A stretch of DNA of 63,208 nucleotides, filler included, from Choristocarpus tenellus KU-1152 (GCA_964200185.2; 9 parts of 9 records of this genome joined end to end with filler, not necessarily neighbours in it); one strand, 5' to 3'. Positions 51,744-63,208 are shown, counted from the first letter of the whole stretch. A program made the numbers and translations. The notes: a model not told the origin generated them from the letters alone.

Positions 51744-53499
51744 GAGCTCTGCCCCCCACTGTTCCCAACGTAAATTGCCAATAGGTCCACCACCAGGGGC
51801 GGCGGGTAAAGCGCGATTTCGAGGTGATATTCCTGTACTCTTCCTTGGGATCAAAGCATATCCACTGTGTTTTGCTGTTTCCAACGTCGACCTTCAACTC
51901 CTATCCCTATGATGTCACAAGCTCAGGTCCACTAATACCGACACCTCTTGTGGACAATCACCACCCGACAAGTTGCGCACTGTAACTCTGGTGAAACTTT
52001 AATGCCGTTCAATCTAACCCTTCCCGTAAGGACCTCCTGACCCTATTCCCCTCACAGCAACGACTCCCTCACAAAAACACAGGAACGATAGGTCCTCCAC
52101 TTGGCTGACGTTTGGGCTCTTGGTGTTTGGGGATGATTAGAGCAGTCCCCTCCTCAAAAATACTATTTGTGTAATTAATTCATGGAGATGACCAACTGAC
52201 AGAATGGTCACCGAATAAAAATGATTAATATTTTGTACCCTTGAGATTGAAACCGCCATCACTACAGAGTCCAATCAAATAACAATCAGTTGGATCTTGA
52301 CCTTGAAAAAAAGACGTGAAGGATGAACTGACCCAAAAAAGATCTCAATATGTAGGTGTTGTCAGGTTGCGAAAACCTGTTGATGCATGGGCATTGTGAG
52401 CATATTTCAGAGGTTCGAACCCCATCCAAACCAGAGTTCTCTTAAAGTAAATCTGACTATTATGAGTCAAACTCTGATCATTGGTAGGAGGTCTGAATGA
52501 TTGAGGTGTAATATTTATTTTCTTCGCTCTTCATTACAGATTTTTTATTGAACAGGTATATAGCATTTTTTTAATCTGTTTGAGGGTGGGAAACAACTTT
52601 GTTGGTCCAATCATGTGACGCTCTGTGTTGGTAACCTCTACGTGTTCAAAATTTTGAAAAATTTGTTGTTAGAAAGTGGAATACAATCATACTTTGTCAA
52701 AATACCTTGAGGAACGAGGTAGGAACTAGGAACCTAGAAAACCATAGGTCGGTAGGAACCTGGCAAGAAGGATGTGGTCACGCTAGAAAACCATAGGTTG
52801 GTAGGAACTTCGCGAGAAGGGTGTGTGGTCACGTGGTTCTCGGAAGTGTCTGCCTGGCATTGCAAGGAAAGTCACAGTACCAACCATGAATATATATCAA
52901 TAAACACATCAGCTCAACTGAGAGATGTCGACAATTGTAGAGAGGTTGCGCTTAGGTTCAGTGAAGACTATGTCACCAGAAGAAAGTATTATGCCATTAA
53001 CTCCATAACAAAGCGAAAGGTCTTGCAAATCATGGCCTGTATGTATGTTTGTGCGTATGTATGCCCCTTGTTTCTTTAATGGGAAGGGAAATGAGAGAAG
53101 AATGGGGGATACACGTAAGAAGGTCAGTTTGATTGGTTTGGTAAAACATCCGTTGCAAGAGCCCGTCCACTAGGGGCAAAGGCAGTCAAAGACTGAAGGC
53201 AATGGCCAGTCCAAAAGACTCATTTCAATTATGCCTGTCCACTAGGGGCAAATGATGTGCAAGGATGTGGACAACAAACCAGTCTGTGAAAAGGCCGTTG
53301 CAATGTACCTATCCATCAGGGAGAAAGGAGGACTTGTTAGGAGAAGAGAGATTGCATGGTAGAAAGGACTTAAAAAGTGGTATTAAGGGAGGAGAGAGGT
53401 GGGCAGAATGCAGATGAAGAATTAGCTTATCATGGATCCAATTAGTGGGGGCCAATTGGTAGATCAATGAGACAGAGATAGAACACAGATCAAGGGAAC

Positions 53500-54300
53500 T
53501 GTAGAAAAAGTGGGAAATTGGAGGAAAATACTGAATGGAACTGCAGTAGGAAACCCAATATTAGCACATAATGCCAAAGAAGACATGGGAAGCAGAACGA
53601 TTGGTTGGTGATTTATTGACACCCACAATACCAGAGCACACATAAAATTAACCAAGGAATGCCCAAACCAAGGTGTTGCAGCAGAGATTGAGGTGTTCAG
53701 ATGTCGAAATCCAAGAGTTAGGATACGAAGTCATAGTAGTGGGCTCGAAGCTTGACACACACACACACTTTGAGACTATCTCTGCCCAATCATAAGCTAC
53801 AAGCAAAAGGGGGTATGTTAAGCTGTAGCCCCCTACTAGAGAAGACGCAGTATTCTGTGAAATATAGCAATTGGGAGGGAAATTGTAGAATCTGGTGTAT
53901 TTCCTGAGGGCAGGAAAGTACACTGCTCAGCATTTATGTAGATGCAAGATGCCCTTAAGAGCGTAGGAGGAAAGGAAATGAAGGGGAAAAGTGAGCGAAG
54001 TTGGGATGAAATGGTGGAGACAGGCCAACTCACAGAGGACATTTGAGAGGGGTAACTCACTCAGCGCACTCTTCTATGGTCATACACAGCACAAAGCAAA
54101 TTGTCACCACATAATGGACATAAAGTTTGTGGTCATAGGTGGATACTGCACATAAATTGGATTATGTCGGCATATTGACATTCATAATAAATAATAATAT
54201 GCAATTGTTGAGGAGTAATGCTCTTCAGACAACCAGGAGAAATGTAAATTCATCTCTTACAGCAGTTCTAGAACCGTATTGATTGTGTTGGTAATGATCA
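53500..54300 (-). mobile_element. Possible decayed LINE apurinic-type endonuclease remnant
   Basis: Ordered fragments VYFP, LVGG and NHQPI resemble NVYxP / GGDFN / SDHxP; very degraded. Confidence 0.2.
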
Positions 54301-54691
54301 AGTAGTACGTGACTGTCCTACAGAAGATGGGGAACAGGTAGACATGAAAGGACATGGTTGTTCAAGAGTGACATCAGTCAACGGATGTGGTGGGACCACA
54401 GAAACATGGACAGGAGTAAGGGTGTGGTTTGTGGAGACTTTAGAGACAATAGGGGGGTGATGCTTTCACACAGAGCATGTAAAAGGTAACCTCAACGTAC
54501 TCACAGATGGAATATCCAGTAGGACCGAGGAATCCATTGAATCTAACATGTGAGTCCTTGTCCATGACATGCCATGGTAGGAGCACCAACAGGAAGAGGG
54601 AGCAGAGCACAATACTTTGGACGTAACAAAGTTTGGTAGCTAGTAAAACGAAGCAGTAAAGAAGCAATGCTCAATTCCTGTTGCGGAACAA

Positions 54692-54736
54692 GGGTCAAAG
54701 TATCTGGGGGGGGGTGTCGGCGTCCGTTTCTCACCC
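54692..54736 (-). mobile_element. MITE family A end, cut by contig end
   Basis: GGGTCAAAGTATCTGGGGGG. Confidence 0.7.
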
Positions 54737-54836
54737 NNNNNNNNNNNNNNNNNNNNNNNNNNNNNNNNNNNNNNNNNNNNTTAATTAATTAANNNNNNNN
54801 NNNNNNNNNNNNNNNNNNNNNNNNNNNNNNNNNNNN
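54737..54836. other. Artificial contig linker
   Basis: 44 N + TTAATTAATTAA + 44 N. Confidence 0.97.
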
Positions 54837-54907
54837 CCCTTCGAACCCCCCCTCTTAACTCAACAGGCCAAGGGAAAAACAAAAAAAAAAAAAAAACTAC
54901 AAGTTGT

Positions 54908-55078
54908 GGGGGGGGGGGGGGGTTGAGGCCGTCCATTTGGGGTCCATTTTTCCATGTCGTATTTTTTGGGTGATTTGGTTGCATACGCCGGATGGATAAT
55001 GTAAGTGCACGTTTCCTAGTCATGACCCAAATGGACATCCTGTTGTAAGACCGCTTCCCCCCCCAGATACTTTGAGCC
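54908..55078 (-). mobile_element. MITE family A (one terminus missing)
   Basis: poly-G..GTCCATTTGGGG ... CCCCAGATACTTTGAGCC. Confidence 0.8.
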
Positions 55079-55084
55079 AAAGTA

Positions 55085-55365
55085 TACCTGAAGGGTACTT
55101 TGAGATCTCCCTTGCCTGAATCATGTTTCTAAACTCTCGTCACTCTTAACACTTGCACTTGTCCAACATTTTCCTCATCGTCTCGGTTACAGTTCGTCTA
55201 GGTCCGTCTGGTCCGTCGTGCTCTTGATTCTATTCATCGGTCATGCCCGAGTTAACCACACCACACACAGAGTTACATCATTCACATTCTTGCGGGTACT
55301 GGTGAGATTCGAACTCCCGCCCAAACTTAGATATCCGATGATGCCCGATGATTGGCTAGATATTT
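55085..55365 (-). mobile_element. Possible tRNA-derived SINE
   Basis: The minus strand has an A-box-like TAGCCAATCATCGG followed by a B-box GGAGTTCGAATCTC. No full cloverleaf. Confidence 0.3.
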
Positions 55366-55601
55366 TTTTCTCCACATTATTGATTTGACTTTTTCACTGA
55401 CACATCTCCAAATTTGAGAGGATATATTGGAAGATATTACAAGAATATATTATATACTATTTTAACACAAATCAATCAACGAGGGAAGTGCAATATGCAA
55501 TCCAAACAAAAGAGATTAAGATTTAAGAACCAAAAAGGACTACTACTACTATTGATCTGATAGAGGTGACGGTCAGAGGGCATAATAATATAAAAAATAG
55601 A

Positions 55602-55895
55602 GGTGACGGATATTACCAGCGAGTGTGGATAGGGGATGAGTCCGTATGTCAGTATGATGTCATATTTTTGGCTGGTTTGCCTCTTGTATGGCCTCTTCAA
55701 TTACCACTTAACCACTTCTATGACATATATGACTCACTCATTAGATATAGGTGACGGATAAGACTAGTGAGTGAGGATAGGGGGTGAGTCCTTACGTCAG
55801 TACGATGTCGTATTCATGGACTGGTTTGCTGGCTGTGTGGCCTCTTCAACTACTACTTAACCATTACTATGACATATGTGACTAACTTAGTTGAT
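55602..55895. repeat. Tandem duplication, 2 x ~148 bp
   Basis: GGTGACGGATA...GGCCTCTTCAA...CTATGACATAT at 55602 and 55750. Confidence 0.85.
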
Positions 55896-56143
55896 ACAAC
55901 TTTGTCTTTATGGTCTTATCGACCGCACACATTCTGACAAAAGAAATAGCGATGTAGATTTATTACTTCGATCTCGTAATGTATAAAGTATGTAACGGAT
56001 AAGGATACCTGGAGTCACCAGGGAGATGGGCACGGAGGGGTCTGTTGGATTCTTGGGATGTCTACCTCCTCACCTTGAGGCACAGGAATAGGTAGATTGT
56101 TGGAGGTGCAGGAAGGCAGTGGTACAACATAGATAACGTGGTA

Positions 56144-58038
56144 TCAGTGACTTCGCCCTCTGTGGCAATATAGCTTTTTTTTCACCGTATCGCCGCAACA
56201 GATATACAATATATATATCAAATAAATGAAAGGGTATGACAAGAGCTTTTTTTGAAGGTTTGTTTGCAGGAATGTACAAACTTCGGTGAACGGGAACTAT
56301 GTCCCGATAAAATGATGGATTAAACGCGGGGGACTATCTCCGGCGAAATTTTGAAGGTCACGACTTCAAAACATGCAAAAATGAAGTGGTTGGCTGAACT
56401 CCTTGCAGAAAACTGGTCCTGGTATGTCACTGCCCAAGTTTGGCTGGTGCGACCTCCTACCAAAAAAAAAAACAGAAAAAACCTCCAAGATTTCCAGACA
56501 TCTTTTTATCCAGACATCTTTTTAACGCCTTTTGTAGACTTTCTGTGAACATACACACACGTGACTTACACAGCAACATGAACCATGAAGGTGAGACAAG
56601 GAGAGCTGCCGAGGCCACTCTCCCCTCTGGATCTACCCTTGGTACCTTCTTTGTCGAGAGATGACAGAAAAGCAAGTACCGTGTGACACTAGTACGATGT
56701 TAGGTGACGAGAAAGTGTGAGTTGTGTGGCGCAGCAGCATAATCAAATCATGAAATGGATCACGGGGCCGCGACACTGACGCTGAGAGAAGATGCATTGA
56801 AAGCATTACCACACAAACGTGTTTGGATCTTCAACCGATGCGGAGTACTGCTCCACAGTCTCTGCAGGCTCGGGAAAGTAGTAAGGGAGCGGCGAGTCCA
56901 TCACTAGGTGGTACAGTGACGAAGTCTATGGGGAAGCCTGGTCGGTGGGTGAAGGGAGAACCGGGGTGGCCGCCCGCGGGGAAGATTGAGGAAGAGAGCA
57001 GTGCGACTGCATGCCATTGCGCTCAGGAAATGCCTAAGCAAAAACCCAGGTGTAGACTATCTTAGTAGTCAAAAGTTGCAGCAGGCCCTGGCTGTTTGGA
57101 AGTTATGCGAGCCAGAGTGGCTTAGGGAAACGAGAAAGAAGGTGTTAGGGTTACAAGGGCTCTCAAGTCCTAAGGAAGGTCGAAAGGACTCGCAAGGCAG
57201 AGGAGAAAGCAATCGTAACAAAGGCGGTTGTGGAGACTTTCGCTACCACCAAATCCTCTACTTAGAAGAGGTCGCGAAGCAGGTGGAGGTAGCCATCGAC
57301 AAGGACGCCAGGGAAGAAGAGGAGGTGAGATTGAGACTATTTGCACACCAGTGGTTTGGGGTCTCCCACTTCTTGCAAGATGCCGTACATTCACTTTTAT
57401 TCCTGGGCTTGGGGTTGGACCTATAAAGTTGATTAAGGCTTTCTCTCGGCCTGCATCCATTCGAGAAATCAACACAATTTTCGATCAACTCAAGGCTGTC
57501 AACCTCGCCCTTGCGCCTTGATGAAAAAAATATCACCTGTCCAGGAAACACGGACAACGCCCACTTCCGGTGCTCAACAAGGAAATGTGATAGTTATCGC
57601 TCTAACACTGCGAATCCTGTACCTGTGTATGAATGACGGGAGAGACCGTCAAATGGCACTCGAAATGGCAGCAGGATATACAATGGTCAGACCGGAAACT
57701 GTGAGTAAATGGGATAGAGACTTCCTAACTAAGGGCCACATCAAAGTGTCGGAGTAAGGGCACTATGAGAGGCGTTTCGTCCTGGGCCTCGACGAGGACA
57801 CCCTTTCCGAGGTCAAAGAGTGGGTGCGCGTACATATAACAGGAAGAAAGGGTGGGGAGTTTTTTTTATTCACCTAAACCCTATACTTTAATCAAGTAAT
57901 AGTACATCTGTTGCCAACTTGGTGACCTACAATCCAGGAGGGCATTGTGACGGGTGTCACGAATATGCTTTTATTTTTAAAATCTGATGTCTGCGTCAAA
58001 AGGTATGACGGGACAGCCCCAGAGGGCGAAGCTACTGG
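56144..58038 (+). mobile_element. TA-flanked TIR DNA transposon (IS630/Tc1/mariner-like), internally deleted
   Basis: Inverted repeat 56141-56166 vs 58016-58041 (22/26 identity including flanking TA). It encloses a broken transposase-like ORF. Confidence 0.6.
56986..57860 (+). pseudogene. Decayed transposase-like N-terminal region
   Basis: TVSKWDRDFLTKGHIKVSE*GHYERRFVLGLDEDTLSEVKEWVR resembles (from memory) the HTH region preceding DDE domains of Tc1/mariner-like transposases. In-frame stop and frameshifts; catalytic domain absent. Confidence 0.45.
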
Positions 58039-58206
58039 TACTACTATAGTAGTGAAATAACAAATTGATTTATATTTTTCACATTTGTGACATTTATTTC
58101 TTTAGCGCTTATAGTAACATGTGATTAGTTTTCATTGGTTTCCCCCCTGAAAAATCTACAAAATGTCAGAGGGTATAATAATAAAAATAAGGATAATCAA
58201 GGAGGG

Positions 58207-58720
58207 CTCTTTTGACCCTAGTAGTTAAAACCTCAACACCTTCACGGTGGAAAGTTTATGAACACCTCCGTAAGTAAGCGGAATTTTTTCTAGATGAGCT
58301 AGCTACACACGCGGTAGGGGGGTAGGGGGATGGGGGACAGGAGACTACAGCAGGAAAGGGGCGGTCAAATCTCGTCTATGCCAGGATAGTCTCAGTCACA
58401 ACGCAAGTAGCACTATCTCGACGTGCTATGTGCTTTAAGCTGGAGGCACCAGGGAAATGGGCAAGGAAGGGCTTGTTAGGTTCTTGGGATGCTTCCCTAG
58501 CTCCTCACCCTGGGGTGCAGGACTAAGCTAGGTTGGAGACGCAGGAAGGCAGTGGTACAGCGTAGTAGGTGGTAATAAAATATTGAATAGATTAAATGTT
58601 TTTCGTATTTTACGACAACTGTAACTTTTTCAGGTTTTTTTTTGACAGGTGAACAGTTTTCATTGTTTTTTTCCCTGACACACCTACAAAATGTCAGAGG
58701 GCCAAATAATAAAAATAATA
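58207..58720 (+). mobile_element. RLE-type non-LTR retrotransposon 3' fragment, copy 2
   Basis: Encodes (broken) TFTVES..FFLDELA..RKGAVKSRL..IVSVTTQVALSRR, then a shared 3' region and an AAT-rich tail. Confidence 0.7.
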
Positions 58721-58939
58721 GATAAGGATATGCCAAAGCTAAGGTAAGTCGAAGGAATAGAAGAGGTGTACACATCACATATATTATACTATTACGCCCT
58801 CTGACATTATTCCATAGTATATACGTTGATAGAAGACAGAAGGGATGGGTGGCGGTATGATGTAATATAGTAGAAGACTAAGAGTGCAAACATAGGTTAG
58901 ACACACACCTGAAAAATGTCAGAGGGTATAAGAGTATTG

Positions 58940-59658
58940 ATGACAACTGCTACCATCATGGTATATTTACAATAGAAGTAGTCATGGATACGCATAGATC
59001 TGGTCTTCCATGCTGGGGCACTTCCAGATGCTGGATCAGCTCCCTACTGGGACAAAGGCATCCTTCTAGATGTTACACTTGTAGAAGTGCAAGCAGCATC
59101 CCACCTACCACATTCATCCACCAGCAATGAATGGTGTACCTGCTGCTGCAGCTGAGACCCGAAAGTGCACCCACTGCAAGCGCTCTTTTGACCCTAGTAG
59201 CTATAACCTCAACACCTTTGTGGTGGAAAGTTTTGGACGCCTTAGTAAGCAAGCGGAAATTTTTCTGGATGAGTTGGCTATGCATGCGGTAGGGGAGAGA
59301 GACAGGAGGCTATAGGAGGAAGGAGGCTGTCAAATCCCATCTACGCCAAATTGTCTCAGTAACTACGTAAACTGGCTCTATCTAGACGTATCATACGTTT
59401 TAAGTTGGAGGCACCAGGGACATAGGCAAGGAGGGACTTGATAGATTCTTGAAATGCTTCCCTAGCTCCTTACCTTGGGGTGCTGGATTAAGGTTGGAGG
59501 CATAGGAGGGCAGTGGTGTAGCATATGTCGCAGTAACATAGTAAATAGATAAGTATCTTTCACATTTACGACAACTGTTACTTTTTAGGGATTATTCTGA
59601 CAAATGTTTTTCATTGTTCTTTCCCCTCACACATGTACAAAGTGTCAGAGGGGATAAT
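58940..59658 (+). mobile_element. RLE-type non-LTR retrotransposon 3' fragment, copy 3 (longest)
   Basis: RIDLVFHAGAL..KGILLDVT..AAAAETRK..TFVVESFGRLSKQAEIFLDELA: the restriction-like endonuclease C-terminus typical of CRE/R2-class elements. Confidence 0.75.
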
Positions 59659-59942
59659 ACGTTAGAAGCGGTCGTGACCTTCGTTTTTCCTTGACAAATC
59701 TCCAAAATAAAATTGGAAGGAAAACTGGGGCGTGATTGAGATACAGTACCTACACCGATTTTATACCAAATATTATGTACCAAACCCATTTTGTACTGCT
59801 TTTTTCGACATACTAAAAAAATAGGATTTTGTACCGGAATTCTCGTATTCGGGCGACTTGGTACAATATCGGGGAGATATTCACGCGAGTTTAGCGCGCG
59901 CGTAAAACTTTATCGCGAAAAGTGCCTTTCTTCCTGAGTCAT

Positions 59943-60042
59943 NNNNNNNNNNNNNNNNNNNNNNNNNNNNNNNNNNNNNNNNNNNNTTAATTAATTAANN
60001 NNNNNNNNNNNNNNNNNNNNNNNNNNNNNNNNNNNNNNNNNN
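59943..60042. other. Artificial contig linker
   Basis: 44 N + TTAATTAATTAA + 44 N. Confidence 0.97.
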
Positions 60043-60375
60043 GGGGGGTACAAGTTCAATCTGATTGAAGGCTTTTTTTTTCAGTGTGTTCAACTGAATT
60101 GGGGTGGGGTTGCACAACAGCATGATAAAAAGTAATATATTTATTATTATTATTATTATTATTATTAAATTTATTTGAATAAAGAAAAATTACTGCGATC
60201 TCTCCATTGTGACTGTGCTTACCGTAGTCTTCTTGTGTATTATTTCTTTTTTTAAAATTAAATGTAACGAATGACTTGAGTGGATTGATTGAATCATCGT
60301 AATGTTCCTCGATGCTAAAACGCTCAATCAAATTTTTTGATGTTTGAAAAATATATAAATAAAAAACAAAAACAG

Positions 60376-61828
60376 ATCACTACATGCACGGCAGCCAATG
60401 TTTACAAGACCCTACTGTCTAAGATAGACGACGATCAGATACCTCAGGAGTATGGAGGGTCATCGGAACACAAACTGGGGGAACACCCATACGAGGTAAA
60501 CGCTGTTGCTTTTTTTTATTTTTTTATTATTTGCATCACGTTAGTCCTACTTGATCTCGACCTGTGGTCAGAGGCACCACACACACTGTTGTGTTGCAGT
60601 ACCTCTCGTACTGATTAGTGGCTATGTAATGTCTTGTTTCTTATTTTTCAAGTTGACACTTCTATGTACCCTTTCCTGAGACATACAGTAAGTACACTTC
60701 TACCTTGCCAAGTGTATTAGGATTGTATTAGGGTTAGGGTTAGGGTTAGGATTCCGTATCTGTACCAACAGGCAGTCAAAAGTTGGACTGAAGAGTCCCT
60801 CTCAAAAGATAGATAAATAGATAAATAAATAAATCTTCTGCAGACAACGGCTTTTTGAACGGTTTCCATTTTGTTGGGAGTACAGTATGACTTGGGACTG
60901 AAAAAACTATTTTTTTTAATAGTACTTTGAATTCATTTTACCGTTTGTTAAATTTAACTGCTCGGTGTTCCACCACTCAACCGACCTCCTGTTTTTTTCT
61001 ACCCTTGGTGAAATTTTAGAAATTTTGGATCGGTGGGTAGATTGTGCTGAGGTGCATGCATACGTTTTTGTGTGTTGGAATGCATTGTATGAAGGGTTAG
61101 GGTTAGGGTTAGGGTTAGGAGCGTAACAGTATTGCTGTTTGATCTAATGCCCACTTGTAAACAAATGGCACCCGGAAGTTGTTGTGAACTGCTTCCGATC
61201 GATGTTTTTATTTTATTTTATGCAGTTCTGGTATTGAAACGTCGTGTCATATTTTTAGGGTTAGGGTGATAAGCGCCGGTGCTTTTGGGCTGCAACAGCA
61301 AATTGTTTTGAAATTAAAATCGTCGGTCAATAGTTAGGGTCAGAGTTGGGATACTTGGGGTGGTTCATTCCAATAAGCAGCATGATATAAGTATTGATTA
61401 GATAACTGCCGTGAGGTTGGACGTAGACATTCATTTCGCTGGGGGCGATGTGTCCTTTCTGAAAAATAAATGTATGGCTTCATAATATTTAGATTTATCC
61501 CTCCAAGTCTAAGTATGTCTGAGAAAAGAGAGGATTATTGTGCTGAGTGTAATGTATCTTCAGCAAGAAGTGTCCCCCACTCCACTATTGCCCCACGTTT
61601 GCACTTACCTACCCCCCACGCCATGCCCTCTCCCCCTCTCCCCCGCTTGTCCTCTATGCGGCTTTTTTTCATTCTTATCTGTTTGCAACTAACAACCTAA
61701 CTCGGCCGGTTCATGAACTGTTTTGGTGTATTTAGGCTGGCCTTCGAGAAAATGTGGTAAATATACTTAAGGAAAAGGGGGTGGCTATGGAAGAAGTGGC
61801 GTCGAAGTCCACCCTCCCAGTGGGATAA
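60376..61828 (+). CDS. CRAL-TRIO/Sec14-domain protein, last two exons
   Basis: Exon 60376-60495 (LLSKIDDDQIPQEYGG, the CRAL-TRIO C-terminal motif) and exon 61736-61828 ending in TAA; both phase 0. Confidence 0.75.
60728..61266 (+). repeat. Short interstitial (TTAGGG)n tracts in an intron
   Basis: TTAGGG x3-4 at 60728-60750 and 61093-61119, x2 at 61255-61266. Confidence 0.8.
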
Positions 61829-62882
61829 TGCCGCAAATGTTATTGTTGGTGGTGGAGAGGATGATTACTAATGTCCATCATTAGAAGCGAACTCTTTTTG
61901 CTTGGACAGCTTGATTCAGTTTCCTACCTACATTTAGGCCTGATGTTTCGCCCATTGGCAGATCTAGGATATATTTTGAAATAGATCGTTTAGCAAGTAG
62001 TAGGAGACAGGAGAGGGGTCAGATTATATCGGTCATAATTTTGTGTGTGTTTTTTGTGTTGTCTGACCTGATTGACATTTGTTCATTCAATCATGGTGTT
62101 CTTTCACATTGCTTGGTTCAGCCCCCCTCCCCCCCCCCCCCTTCCTCCCCACCTTCAACAATGAAAAGTTTGGTGATGTTGAGCTCTGTCCTCTTGGTCT
62201 AATATTTGGGCAAAGAATTCAGTTTTTTTCACCACATCCCTGGATGTGCATGGGTATGGGCAGACAATGATTTACTCGCTGTTGTTGTGCAGTTGTGCCA
62301 TTTACTACCAGAGTAAGTTTACCCCCGTGTTGTCTTTGACCACTGCTGCACTTATGCTGGAGATAAAGGATGTAGGTGGGGGAAGGGGGGATGGGGGGAG
62401 AAGGTCAAGGGGATTTGAGAAGGCAGCACCCAGAATACGGTAGGATGTGGGTATCTCAAGAGGGGTCAAGTATTTAAAATACACGGTGGTCCGTTCACAG
62501 TACAAAATATGCCCTTCCTGAATGGTGAAGTGGAGTTTGTTGACGCCTCGTTGTATTGTAGTCATCCTTGGATTTGAAAGAAAAGAATACTCCACTACTG
62601 TTCGTTTTGACACCACAACTGCTTGGTGGTGAAACCAAAGTGTTGTTTTGATGTTTACTTGTAGTAACAGCCCTTTTGCTGCTGTGTGTAGTGCTGTGCA
62701 TTCTGTATTGGACTAACATGTTGCCGTGGCTATGGGTACATGTTGTGTGCGATATTAGTAGTTGGTATGTCCATCGAGCCATAATGTTGCAACATACGGA
62801 TTATAGTATGGTTGGGTGGTGGGCGAGTAGAGGTGTGCAAGAAGCTTTCATCCTTCCGACCAGGAGGTGATATATTTGCCAA

Positions 62883-63139
62883 GAGCCAAAATATCCTAGA
62901 GGGTAGAGCCGGGTCCATTTTGGGGTCAAAATCCAATGTTTTGATTTTGATGTGATTTTGGGCATTGTGTTTGTTAGGAAGTGCCAATGTCCATGTTCTG
63001 GTCACACCTTTTCATAACTTACACATTTTACCTACTCCGAAACATTTTGGGGTAGGAAAATGTCATAAAAAACCCAAGGGAAGTCAAGCCCCAAATGGAC
63101 AAACAGGGCAAAATTCGTACCATCTAAGATACTTTCACT
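62883..63139 (+). mobile_element. MITE family B
   Basis: GAGCCAAAATATCCTAGAGGG ... CTAAGATACTTTCACT. Confidence 0.9.
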
Positions 63140-63208
63140 GGCTCAAAGTATCTGGGAGGGGGTGGCGGCTGTCCATTTGGGGTCAATTTTTTCATGTCAC
63201 GATTTTTG
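63140..63208 (-). mobile_element. MITE family A abutting the family B terminus, cut by window end
   Basis: GGCTCAAAGTATCTGGGAGGG begins where the last base of family B would be. Confidence 0.8.

Larger units (their letters stand above)
56005..58190 (+). mobile_element. RLE-type non-LTR retrotransposon 3' fragment, copy 1 (split by a 1.9-kb TIR element)
   Basis: 56005-56143 aligns with the ends of copies 2 and 3. Homology resumes after 58040 (TTTCACATTT..TTCATTG..AAAATGTCAGAGGG) and ends in TAATAATAAAAATAA. Confidence 0.6.

Noticed and set aside
52405-52435. GGTTCGAACC B-box as a tRNA gene
   Set aside because: No A-box or cloverleaf could be traced.
37942-61828. Functional gene cluster (pseudouridine synthase, zinc finger, TPP, Sec14)
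   Set aside because: The genes lie on separate contigs joined artificially, so adjacency carries no information.

Overview
This is eukaryotic, intron-containing, repeat-rich genomic DNA. It is not one continuous molecule: nine contigs are joined by eight identical artificial 100-bp linkers (44 N + TTAATTAATTAA + 44 N). The gene and repeat content (FNIP-repeat protein, axonemal dynein intermediate chain, TTAGGG repeats, RLE-type LINE C-termini) suggests a flagellated stramenopile, probably a brown alga or close relative (inference). I reconstructed host genes by hand from GT-AG splice sites with consistent phases: a bZIP transcription factor, an intronless FNIP-repeat protein, and partial genes for an RsuA/RluB-type pseudouridine synthase, a RanBP2-type zinc-finger protein (head-to-head with a DNAI1-like dynein intermediate chain), a trehalose-6-phosphate phosphatase, a CRAL-TRIO/Sec14 protein and one unidentified multi-exon protein. 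The rest is mostly transposon-derived. It includes two abundant MITE families that share a terminal core (AAAGTATCT) and subterminal motif (CCATTTGGG) and show 3-4-bp target duplications, a Stowaway-like MITE, a TA-flanked TIR element with a decayed transposase-like ORF, and a head-to-tail run of differently 5'-truncated RLE-type LINE copies. Decayed Gypsy and LINE remnants, minisatellites and interstitial telomere-like repeats fill much of the remainder. No prokaryotic-type system (CRISPR, operon) is supported. The best leads are the FNIP array with a hypervariable di-residue, the paired MITE system and the tandem RLE-LINE array.
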